Made by a program: the position numbers and the translations under genes
The notes under the pieces: generated by a model
What the model saw: the letters and a program-made list of their open reading frames with translations, nothing else
Databases searched by the model: none
Told to the model about the DNA's origin: nothing
In this document: positions 53,611 through 61,716 of the stretch, one piece after another
Numbering within the stretch: position 1 is the first letter of the stretch
How the letters are laid out: every line of letters starts with the position of its first letter
NCBI GenBank assembly: GCA_965226885.1
Contig: CBDDEL010000014.1
Location: 448,001 to 512,000 of the forward strand
Source of the DNA: Opitutales bacterium
Lineage (GTDB): Bacteria > Verrucomicrobiota > Verrucomicrobiia > Opitutales > UBA2987
Reading direction: 5' to 3'
DNA length: 64,000 nucleotides

Positions 53611-53862
53611 GCCATAGTTTAGATGCGAGTTTTACGTCCGCTAACTTTAACTCATTCACGCTTCTTATTTCTCCCCCGGTGTTCACGTAGAAACTGCTCA
53701 AATTCCCATAAAAATCATTTACTTACTTAAATTCCTTTCGCAGTCAAACTGTTGTCTAAATCCGGATATTATGTGAAATTTTCAGATACTGATTCAATAA
53801 CTGAATATGGGATTAAAACCAGTAATTGCACTCTATTGATCATACGCCATATGTGGGGACTT

Positions 53863-54588
53863 TTAAGCCTTATATCGGCCGAATATTTTCTCTTTGATCT
53901 CACTCAGGGAAAGCGTTCTTTCTGGCGGATCGCCTAATTCCTCGACGACTAGATCGGCTTCGGAAAAATCTTCCTTGGCGGTGTAGGCGCTGGTGGTTAC
54001 GAGGCAACGTAAGCCGGCGCCTTTGACCGCGAGGAGGCCATTGCGACTGTCCTCCACAACCAGGCATTCCTCTCCGCGCAATCCCAGGCGCTCTTTGGCC
54101 AGATTGTAAATTTCAGGATCGGGTTTTTTTCGGGAGACAACGTCCCCGGCCAGAATATGGTCAAATCTTTCATAACGGGCGCGGCCCAGCATCTTTTGGG
54201 CAATTAAATTAACAGAACGCTCATTCGAGGTTGAACAGATGGCCAGCTTGAGACCTGCCTCAATCGCTTCGTCGATCAATCGGGCAATACCGCTCCGCAA
54301 CGGAAGTTCCCCCGATTCTATGATTTGCATAAAAAGATCCGTTTTCACTTTATGGAGATCTTTGACGTAAGGATCATGGTCGGTCGCATTTTCCGGCCAG
54401 CCATTTTCCTGGAAAAAATAGCGCATGCGCTCCTTTCCACCGGATATTTTCAAGAGTTCGCCATATAGATCGACGCTCCATTCAATATTGAGGCCGAAAT
54501 GAAAAAAGGCACGGTTGAAAGCGATGCGATGGCCATCGCGCTCGGTATCGACCAATACACCATCACAATCGAAAATGAGCGCTTTCAT
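53863..54588 (-). CDS. CbbY-like HAD sugar-phosphate phosphatase
   Basis: FDCDGVLVDTERDGHR.AFN, GGKERM, KKPDP and VEDS.NG motifs. Confidence 0.88.
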   Translation of the reverse strand: MKALIFDCDGVLVDTERDGHRIAFNRAFFHFGLNIEWSVDLYGELLKISGGKERMRYFFQENGWPENATDHDPYVKDLHKVKTDLFMQIIESGELPLRSGIARLIDEAIEAGLKLAICSTSNERSVNLIAQKMLGRARYERFDHILAGDVVSRKKPDPEIYNLAKERLGLRGEECLVVEDSRNGLLAVKGAGLRCLVTTSAYTAKEDFSEADLVVEELGDPPERTLSLSEIKEKIFGRYKA

Positions 54589-55463
54589 TGGGCGAAGATT
54601 TTGACATCCGCAGCCTTGCCGACACCGCCGAATTGTCTAATTTTTGCTTTCAACAGATCTTTCATGGCATCGTATTGGCCCTTGAGGACGCGCAGCGGCT
54701 CATAATCGTTGGGATTGTCCCGGTGATAATCGCAGAATCCGTCGATGAATGCGTGCTTCAGGTTGGTCGATATGTTTACCTTTGCGCATCCAAGCTTTAT
54801 GCAACGCTGAATGGTTTCATCCGGCAGGCCGGTGCCGCCATGGAGGGCCAGCGGAGTCTGCGTACGCCGGAATATTTCTTCGATGAGGTCGAACCTTACA
54901 TCGGGTTCGCCCTTGTAATAGCCGTGAGCGGTCCCGATGGCAGGGGCAAAAACACCCAGGTCGAGTTCCCGGCAGAACCGTTCCGCTTTATCCGGGTCGG
55001 CCAGATGGGCGTCCTCCTCGGCCACGACTATATCCTCCTCCACTCCGACGATCTCCCCCAGTTCGGCCTCCACCCCGACACCGACGGCCGCCGCCCATTC
55101 AATCACCTGCCGGGAACGGGCCAGGTTTTCCTCAAAAGGAAGATTGGAGGCGTCGATCATGACCGAGGTCCATCCGGTTTTGATGCATTTTTTGATCATT
55201 TCAAGGTCCTTGCCATGATCCAGATGCAGGGCGACGGGGACAGGTGAACTTTCTGCCAGTTCACGCATCCATCCGACCAGCGTTTCGTGGCTGTAATAAA
55301 CGATCGTTTTGGCGGATGTCTGGACGATGACGGGCGCGTCGAGTTCTTCAGCGGCCTCCACCATTGCCTTCATGGAGGCATAATCGACGGGGTTGAAGGC
55401 ACCCACAGCGTAACCGCCGCGCTTCGCTTCCAACAGCATGGGTGTTAAACTTAAAAGTGGCAT
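54585..55463 (-). CDS. fba: Class II fructose/tagatose-bisphosphate aldolase
   Basis: YAVGAFN, LHLDHG, SVMIDAS, VEAELG, IGTAHG, LHGGTG and KVNIST motifs. Confidence 0.88.
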   Translation of the reverse strand: MPLLSLTPMLLEAKRGGYAVGAFNPVDYASMKAMVEAAEELDAPVIVQTSAKTIVYYSHETLVGWMRELAESSPVPVALHLDHGKDLEMIKKCIKTGWTSVMIDASNLPFEENLARSRQVIEWAAAVGVGVEAELGEIVGVEEDIVVAEEDAHLADPDKAERFCRELDLGVFAPAIGTAHGYYKGEPDVRFDLIEEIFRRTQTPLALHGGTGLPDETIQRCIKLGCAKVNISTNLKHAFIDGFCDYHRDNPNDYEPLRVLKGQYDAMKDLLKAKIRQFGGVGKAADVKIFAQ

Positions 55464-55589
55464 TTCTTTAATCTCCAGTTGGGTTGAATTATTTTTAAAA
55501 GGCGAGATTTTATGTAAAACAATTGTTTACGAATTACTATTTTGGTAGCTATAAAATAATACGGAATCGGATCTTCGTAAAGAGCGCTT

Positions 55590-56153
55590 TCAATTAAAAC
55601 AATCGACCCTATTTTGCGGAATGGTTTTCAACTTGCGAAATAACCGACTCCGCGTAATAGAGGAAATGGCGAAAAGGGAATCAGTGGCTACTTCGCAGGG
55701 ATTCGCGCTATCCGCCGAGAAGAGGATCTTGCTTGGCCTCTTCTCGCCATTCTTATTGTAGGAAATATTCCGGATCAGATCGACGCGGACAACACGGTCT
55801 TTATCAAGAACGTAATTCAAGCGGAAACCAGCGGGAGTTTCCCCCTTTGGTACTAGAAAGGTGTCAATAACATCCTTAAACCGATCCCTCCCTCCAAGAT
55901 AATTTGAGTGATCGCGCAGCTTTCGGCAGGAATCGATTTTTAGTGTCAGGTTCAACACATAGTCAAGGTATCTTGCATCATTTTCGATTGCTTGAATGCT
56001 TCCCTCGTCCGTTCCAATGAACGCTTGCAAACTACCCGTCATTTCGAGAGTTTCCCGTTCCATGCTTGTTGCCGCTAAATGACTCATGGCATTTATTGAT
56101 ACCAATTTTTTTTTAATTAATTTAAATATGCGAAATTCGAAATTATACCGCAT
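55590..56153 (-). pseudogene. N-terminal fragment of a transaldolase-family protein
   Basis: KRPSKILFSADSANP.EV resembles the first strand and catalytic Asp of the transaldolase fold, after which the similarity stops; upstream of fba. Confidence 0.45.
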
Positions 56154-56154
56154 T

Positions 56155-57147
56155 TCAGTTATCTAGGACACCAATGGACGACCATTCCTGCACGACGATG
56201 AGATCGCTCAACGGCACTTCATACAAAGTCCCTCCAATGGGCACCTCCGCACCTTCTCCGGAAGATATTATGAGCTTGTCGCCATCAAAGCATACGGTCT
56301 CATTCTGACCGTATGGCATTCTTTCTCCCGGAACCCAAGTATCGATAGGAAGCCATGAAATCTTTCCCTCGAAGTAGTTGTCCTTGCCCGGCTCGACCTC
56401 GAACAGCCAAATTGCCGTGTACGTGGTAATCACCACCTTTGTTCCATCCGGCGTGGTATCGGCCGCGGTGGTTCTTCCACCGACATCAAACGAGTCTAGA
56501 TAAGTCAGCGTGTTCACCTCAAAAGGCTTTTCCGAGTCCAGACGATACAGGTACGTGAAGGAGTCGCTCCGATTCTTCGTTACGACATAGACTTTTCCAT
56601 TCGCCCACCAGATCCCTTCACTGTCATAGTTATTCTTTTGCGCCGGGAGTTCCGAAGGGTCGGGATAATCCGGATAGGTGAAGAAAACCTTCTTCAAAAA
56701 GTTGATCCGCGTAGTTACCGGATTCGGCTCCAGCACCCAATAAAGCGTAAAATCGCGGCGGGCCTGTGAATTGTTACCAATATCGCCGATGATGATGTGC
56801 CCGTAATTATCAATCGTCATATCTTCCCAATCGACATTGTAGGCGCCATATATAGGCACCCCTTCGGTTCTCTCATTATAGAGCTTTCCATTACGGTCAT
56901 GCGGAAAAATGCGGGCCCCGTCGCCCGAATCGTTCAGTGTCCAATAGAGATTGGGATGCGTCCGGCTCTTGACCATGCCCGAAGGCTCGAGATGCGCATT
57001 CTCTTCCAATTGCCCGTAGGCCTTAAGCTTCACCGGTTTCATATCCGGCAATTCCACGCTTTTTACTTTTTTATTATTAGCAGCATCAACAACAGCCATG
57101 GCCGTAAGGCTCAGACTGAGCACCAAACTTATTAAAAATAACTTCAT
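56155..57147 (-). CDS. Secreted hypothetical protein, probable beta-propeller
   Basis: Signal peptide MKLFLISLVLSLSLTAMA; blade-like motifs EPSG, WTLNDSG, DWEDM, IGDIGNN and DSEG. Confidence 0.7.
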   Translation of the reverse strand: MKLFLISLVLSLSLTAMAVVDAANNKKVKSVELPDMKPVKLKAYGQLEENAHLEPSGMVKSRTHPNLYWTLNDSGDGARIFPHDRNGKLYNERTEGVPIYGAYNVDWEDMTIDNYGHIIIGDIGNNSQARRDFTLYWVLEPNPVTTRINFLKKVFFTYPDYPDPSELPAQKNNYDSEGIWWANGKVYVVTKNRSDSFTYLYRLDSEKPFEVNTLTYLDSFDVGGRTTAADTTPDGTKVVITTYTAIWLFEVEPGKDNYFEGKISWLPIDTWVPGERMPYGQNETVCFDGDKLIISSGEGAEVPIGGTLYEVPLSDLIVVQEWSSIGVLDN

Positions 57148-57201
57148 CACGTAAGCTCCATAATAATTGAATTTCTTTCTCGGCGGACGGTTTACCTCCA
57201 T

Positions 57202-58542
57202 TTAGTTTCCCGAATCAGATTCGATCCAACGCGTCCGACCGACGGGCTGGGTCCACGCGCGTTTATACGGAAATTCCTTGCTTGGGACAGCGGGTTGAGC
57301 ATCTGAAGTAATGATTGCGCGCACATAGAGCTCGTCCCCTTCCATGCGATAGGTCGCCAGATTTCCAGTCACCTCGGAGAATACCTCTCCTATCTGCGTC
57401 CCTTCGCTGCTGGTGTAATCAAGGGTTGTGAGTATAATGTATCCCTCGTCATCTCTCCTGGAAACACCCTCCACATTAACGCCCCGGCGAGACCCGACAA
57501 AACGAGTTGTATACGTCTCGCCCTCGACCGATTCAATTTCGATTGCCAGCCGCTCCCCATTAAAATCGATGTTTTTCAGCACTACACCCGTGGAGGAGTA
57601 AAAATCACCGCGATGAAAAGCCTTGATGAGGGACTCCGGCGTCAGGTGGCGGGCGCGCACCATGACCCAGCCGCGGCCGGGTTTCGCTCGCTCCTTGTGT
57701 CCGTGATAATCATGTGAATCATCCGTGGCCAGCCCATAAAGGGGTGGCGCACTGAATGTTACCATGCGCAAGGTATTGGCGATATCCCAGATTTCTTCGG
57801 ATGAGGGATGTTCGTCATCGCCCGGATCATGATCACCATCCACTCCGTTCCAGACTTCGAAAAAACGGTTGTCGATAATGCCGGCCAAGTCCTCGGCCGT
57901 GACGCCCCATTTGTAGTTCACGTGATTGACATGGAAAAGTATGGGCCGGCCAAGGCGATGACTCTGTTCCCGAACCAGGCGCAAACTGTTTGCGATGACC
58001 TCTTTGACCGTTTTGCCGCCGGGCTGAGGAATCAGCTCACCGAGATGAGTTGCGTTCATATGAATCGACAATCCGTTATCGGCTCCGTCCGTAATCTCCT
58101 CGCCCTGAATCATGATGAAATGGTTACGCTGCTCGACCAGAGCCCGGTATTCACTTAACGGCTTCAGTCGAATTTCAAAATTGCCTTCTTCCCTCGAACC
58201 GCGGGTTTCCACCCAATGATGACCAAAGCGTTTCAGATACTTCGGATAGGCGTCTCCGTTTGAACTTTGATCCGCCTTTTCCAGAGAAACCCACTTCTGT
58301 CCTTGGCTGAGTATATTGTGATCGGATAAGGCCAGAAAATTATATCCATGGTCAAGATACCACTCAGCCACCATCTCAGGAAAATCATTACCGTCGGACC
58401 AGAAAGTGTGGGTGTGAAGATTACCCTTCCACCACTGCGGTTGAGGATTGGAAGAGATTTCCCTCCCCGCCCCGATCACGAGCATCGGGAAAATATACCA
58501 CAGGATAAGGAGCGTGGTCCTCCCAATGAAATGTGCGTTCAT
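57202..58542 (-). CDS. Secreted PHP-family metal-dependent phosphoesterase
   Basis: WWKGNLHTHTFWSDG, LSDHN, GEEI, NH.N and ATDDSH motifs. Confidence 0.85.
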   Translation of the reverse strand: MNAHFIGRTTLLILWYIFPMLVIGAGREISSNPQPQWWKGNLHTHTFWSDGNDFPEMVAEWYLDHGYNFLALSDHNILSQGQKWVSLEKADQSSNGDAYPKYLKRFGHHWVETRGSREEGNFEIRLKPLSEYRALVEQRNHFIMIQGEEITDGADNGLSIHMNATHLGELIPQPGGKTVKEVIANSLRLVREQSHRLGRPILFHVNHVNYKWGVTAEDLAGIIDNRFFEVWNGVDGDHDPGDDEHPSSEEIWDIANTLRMVTFSAPPLYGLATDDSHDYHGHKERAKPGRGWVMVRARHLTPESLIKAFHRGDFYSSTGVVLKNIDFNGERLAIEIESVEGETYTTRFVGSRRGVNVEGVSRRDDEGYIILTTLDYTSSEGTQIGEVFSEVTGNLATYRMEGDELYVRAIITSDAQPAVPSKEFPYKRAWTQPVGRTRWIESDSGN

Positions 58543-58569
58543 AATTTAAATATAACTATGCTTCAATTA

Positions 58570-61500
58570 TTAGTTTAAGGATTCCAGGGGCCAGGGAATC
58601 CAACCATCCTTCGTTGACCAGGCCCAGGAGGGAACTGCCCGGTCGACATAGAGAAATGCGCCACTTGCCCACTCGAAGAACCAGAAGTCATCCGCAGGGG
58701 CCGTTTCCAAAAAAAGAAAGAGCCAGCCGGAACCAGGACTCCAGACCCAGGGCCAGGACTCTGAATCTACGAATATCCAGGATAACCGTTCACTAAAATA
58801 CCATCCCAAATCTCCGTAGGCTGCATCCTCGAGGGCTTCCAGAACACGGGCGTCCTCAGGCGTTGCCTTTGCTGGATATCCCGCCTCCAACGAAATCCAG
58901 GCCCAGGCAAAGGGAACGTCAACCATCTCGCCATTTACCTCGAATTTTAATTCCCAAACCCCTTCATCCGATGAATATAATTTAAAAAGCGGCGCCTCGC
59001 CTCCAGCGGCGGCGCCGGGAGTAATCTGGAGCACACCGCGCGGCCCGTTTTCCAATGGCGCCGTGAACCGATAGGATCCGGTACCCGTCATTTCCCAGAG
59101 GGAGCCTTGGCCGGCGGAATCGGCGGGATCAACCCAACCGGATCGAACTTCGGAGGCATTTTCTGGAACGAAGACAAAGGCAAAAGCAAAAGGCACTCTC
59201 CCGGAAGACGGTTGGCCCCCCTCGTGGATAGTCACTTCCCAGCCGCCTTCGATAGGTTGAACAGTCATTTGGGTATTTTGTTCGGATGACTGGCCGAGCA
59301 GCGTGGAGGAGTTCCAGGCCTGCGGATGAGTGAGACGAAATTTTCCCCCTCCCAGCCCGCTTACCGCGACCTCTTCGAGCACATCTTCCTGACCATAAAG
59401 ATATTGACCCGACTGGTTAATGTAGCCGCCTTTCCAATCATCGGCAAAAGGGAAGAACGTTGAATTCAGCTTCGCGAAGGACCCATCATTTGGTAAAGAC
59501 AAGGGAGTATTTAAGACGCTCATTCGTGTCAGCGTATAACTGCTCCCGAAATAAAGTCCTTCGATTCGGTTACTTAGTTTCCATCGCACCGGGGGAGGCG
59601 CTACGGAAGGATTGGAGGAATCGGAGACCTGAGGCGTAGTCAGCAAAATACCCTCGCTGTATTCCAGAGTCTGCGGCAAACGCAAATAGCGACTATGGGG
59701 ATCGCGCCTTGCGCCTGCTTCGTCCTGTATTCGATAAATGCTCGTTTCCGAGGTTCCGAATAATAATACTTCGCCACCATTTTCCGTGCGCAATGCAAAA
59801 CCAGGATAGGAGTCTTGCTGAATCTCAATCGCAGTTGTCGAGTCCAATCCTTCATTAAGGATGACTTCACCGGAAATCGTCTGGCAGAAAGCGCTTCGCC
59901 ACAGCCATTCGATATCCGAGGTCGAAAGCGCCCGTGTATGATATGAAAAATCCACAATATTCCATTCGACATCGGCATTTGTTGCCACAGAGTCATCAGC
60001 GAAATCGCCAAGAGTAAAACTACTGACTTCGGCAACTGGAAAATCGATTCTGGAGAGGTCCTCACCGTCGAGGATCGGCATCAATTGTCCTGCTTCATAT
60101 TTGAGGCCGAAGTGATGCCATTGAGAAGGCTCCATCATTACCGTCAATTGGTTGATGCTTTCCTCGAAAACTGACTGCGAATGGCTGTCATCGAGAGGAA
60201 GAAGCATTAAAGGGCTGGTGTCGGCAAAAACTGACAAGACTTCACCGGATTCCCCATCAATCCGCAGAATGGGAAGAGTTTCTTCCGCTGCGTTTGAACG
60301 AAACCAAAAGAGGGCAGTCCAGGCATCTGTGGCTGTTTGACTGCTTTCATAATGGATGCGACTGCCGGATTGAAAGCGGGAGGCATCATCGTAGGCGAAG
60401 CCCTCTGCCTGTGCCAATTCCCATTCCCCTATTGGGAATTGGCTGATCAAGGGTCGGTGTGCATCCTCTCCCTGCAGCCTGAAAGCGGCAACCGGATTAA
60501 GCTCCTGCAAAGCCTCGCGGTAGTGGGTCTTTAGCGGCCGCGTGGAAAGAGAAAAGGTAAAGGCAAATTCCAGATCCGGTCCCTTCAGAACTTCACCGGA
60601 AAATGGTGAAAAACTTTTTATCTGAACCGTATCGCCAGCCGGATTGAACTCCATCAGGCGCATCCTGCCATCTCCATCTCCACTCCAGTGCTGAAAATTG
60701 ATCAGATGTTGTTGCACAAAATGCCGATCATCGTTGATCGATACACGCCTTCCGTGCCCACTGCGACCGACGTGACCATTGAGCACAAGTTTGACGTTGC
60801 TATGATGTCGAATCAATTTGTTCCACATCAACTGCCCGTCGTTAGCGCCCTCCGGGTCTCCATTCAGCGCTTCGTAACCGATCGGGTTACCCCTTTGCCT
60901 GTCTTCCCTATCATGAGAGCCCAGTAAACCCCAGTCAAATCGGCTGCTATCTCGAAATAAATAAGCATGCGTGGTCAAAATGGCGTAATCATCGGGAAAC
61001 CGGTTCAATACATCGTCTGCCCAGGCAATCACCTCATCCCGGGGACCCCATTCGAAGCAAATGATGAGCCAGAATCGCCCTTCGATTTCTATACGATGGA
61101 CACTGTTTTCCCACTTGTCGGGCTCCATTGTTTCGATCAATGTCGGCTGGTTTGCATAGACGCTGCCTGTGCCAAAATACTCGGGATTCGAAAAGAGCGA
61201 TGTCCGGCTGTTATCAAGGCCGTCGTGATTTCCCGTGACAAGAGACATCGGTACTTTGTCCATGATTCCGTTGGCAGCGCTAGTGGCCCTCCCCCATTGC
61301 GTCAAATGCGTTGATGAATGATCGGCTTGATCGGTGATATCACCGAGGTGCAAGACATATTTTAGGTTATGCGACTCGGCGTGATCACGGATCCAATTCA
61401 TCTGCGCGAGCCATTTGCCAAAATTTCCGGGGCCCTGATCGCCGTAGTAATATTGTGTGTCAGGCAATATAACAAAGTGATAACTTCCATCGGAAGCGCC

Positions 61501-61620
61501 GGGCACAAGGTCTGCATCTTGCCCGTGCAGCAGAATTTGGGTTCCTGCGGCAAAGTAGAGGAATACGAATAAATGAAAGAGAGTGGTTTTCTTAAATATA
61601 ATAATTCTACACAGTTGCAT
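58570..61620 (-). CDS. Secreted multidomain calcineurin-like metallophosphoesterase with LamG-like and Trp-rich C-terminal domains
   Basis: LPDTQ, HLGDI, GNHD, TTHAY and LNGH motifs; WTALFWF...QWHH suggests LamG; Trp-rich tail. Confidence 0.82.
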   Translation of the reverse strand: MQLCRIIIFKKTTLFHLFVFLYFAAGTQILLHGQDADLVPGASDGSYHFVILPDTQYYYGDQGPGNFGKWLAQMNWIRDHAESHNLKYVLHLGDITDQADHSSTHLTQWGRATSAANGIMDKVPMSLVTGNHDGLDNSRTSLFSNPEYFGTGSVYANQPTLIETMEPDKWENSVHRIEIEGRFWLIICFEWGPRDEVIAWADDVLNRFPDDYAILTTHAYLFRDSSRFDWGLLGSHDREDRQRGNPIGYEALNGDPEGANDGQLMWNKLIRHHSNVKLVLNGHVGRSGHGRRVSINDDRHFVQQHLINFQHWSGDGDGRMRLMEFNPAGDTVQIKSFSPFSGEVLKGPDLEFAFTFSLSTRPLKTHYREALQELNPVAAFRLQGEDAHRPLISQFPIGEWELAQAEGFAYDDASRFQSGSRIHYESSQTATDAWTALFWFRSNAAEETLPILRIDGESGEVLSVFADTSPLMLLPLDDSHSQSVFEESINQLTVMMEPSQWHHFGLKYEAGQLMPILDGEDLSRIDFPVAEVSSFTLGDFADDSVATNADVEWNIVDFSYHTRALSTSDIEWLWRSAFCQTISGEVILNEGLDSTTAIEIQQDSYPGFALRTENGGEVLLFGTSETSIYRIQDEAGARRDPHSRYLRLPQTLEYSEGILLTTPQVSDSSNPSVAPPPVRWKLSNRIEGLYFGSSYTLTRMSVLNTPLSLPNDGSFAKLNSTFFPFADDWKGGYINQSGQYLYGQEDVLEEVAVSGLGGGKFRLTHPQAWNSSTLLGQSSEQNTQMTVQPIEGGWEVTIHEGGQPSSGRVPFAFAFVFVPENASEVRSGWVDPADSAGQGSLWEMTGTGSYRFTAPLENGPRGVLQITPGAAAGGEAPLFKLYSSDEGVWELKFEVNGEMVDVPFAWAWISLEAGYPAKATPEDARVLEALEDAAYGDLGWYFSERLSWIFVDSESWPWVWSPGSGWLFLFLETAPADDFWFFEWASGAFLYVDRAVPSWAWSTKDGWIPWPLESLN

Positions 61621-61646
61621 TTAATGTTGCATTTAATGCAGAAGAG

Positions 61647-61680
61647 AAGGCGGGCACGCCATGTAGCGTGCCCACCTTTT
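61647..61680 (-). terminator. Stem-loop / terminator after the lamin-tail protein gene
   Basis: AAGGCGGGCACGC / GCGTGCCCACCTT inverted repeat with pyrimidine tails. Confidence 0.6.
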
Positions 61681-61716
61681 CAGTGCATACCTATATGTGC
61701 TAACCCAAGACTTAAT

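Noticed and set aside
53863..55463. Calvin-cycle (cbb) operon
   Set aside because: No RuBisCO or phosphoribulokinase in the window; CbbY-like HADs and class II aldolases are widespread in heterotrophs.
56131..56144. CGAAATT twice (and TTTATTC twice at 51997) as further duplications
   Set aside because: AT-rich context and no sister copy or frame restoration to show the ancestral state; may be chance.
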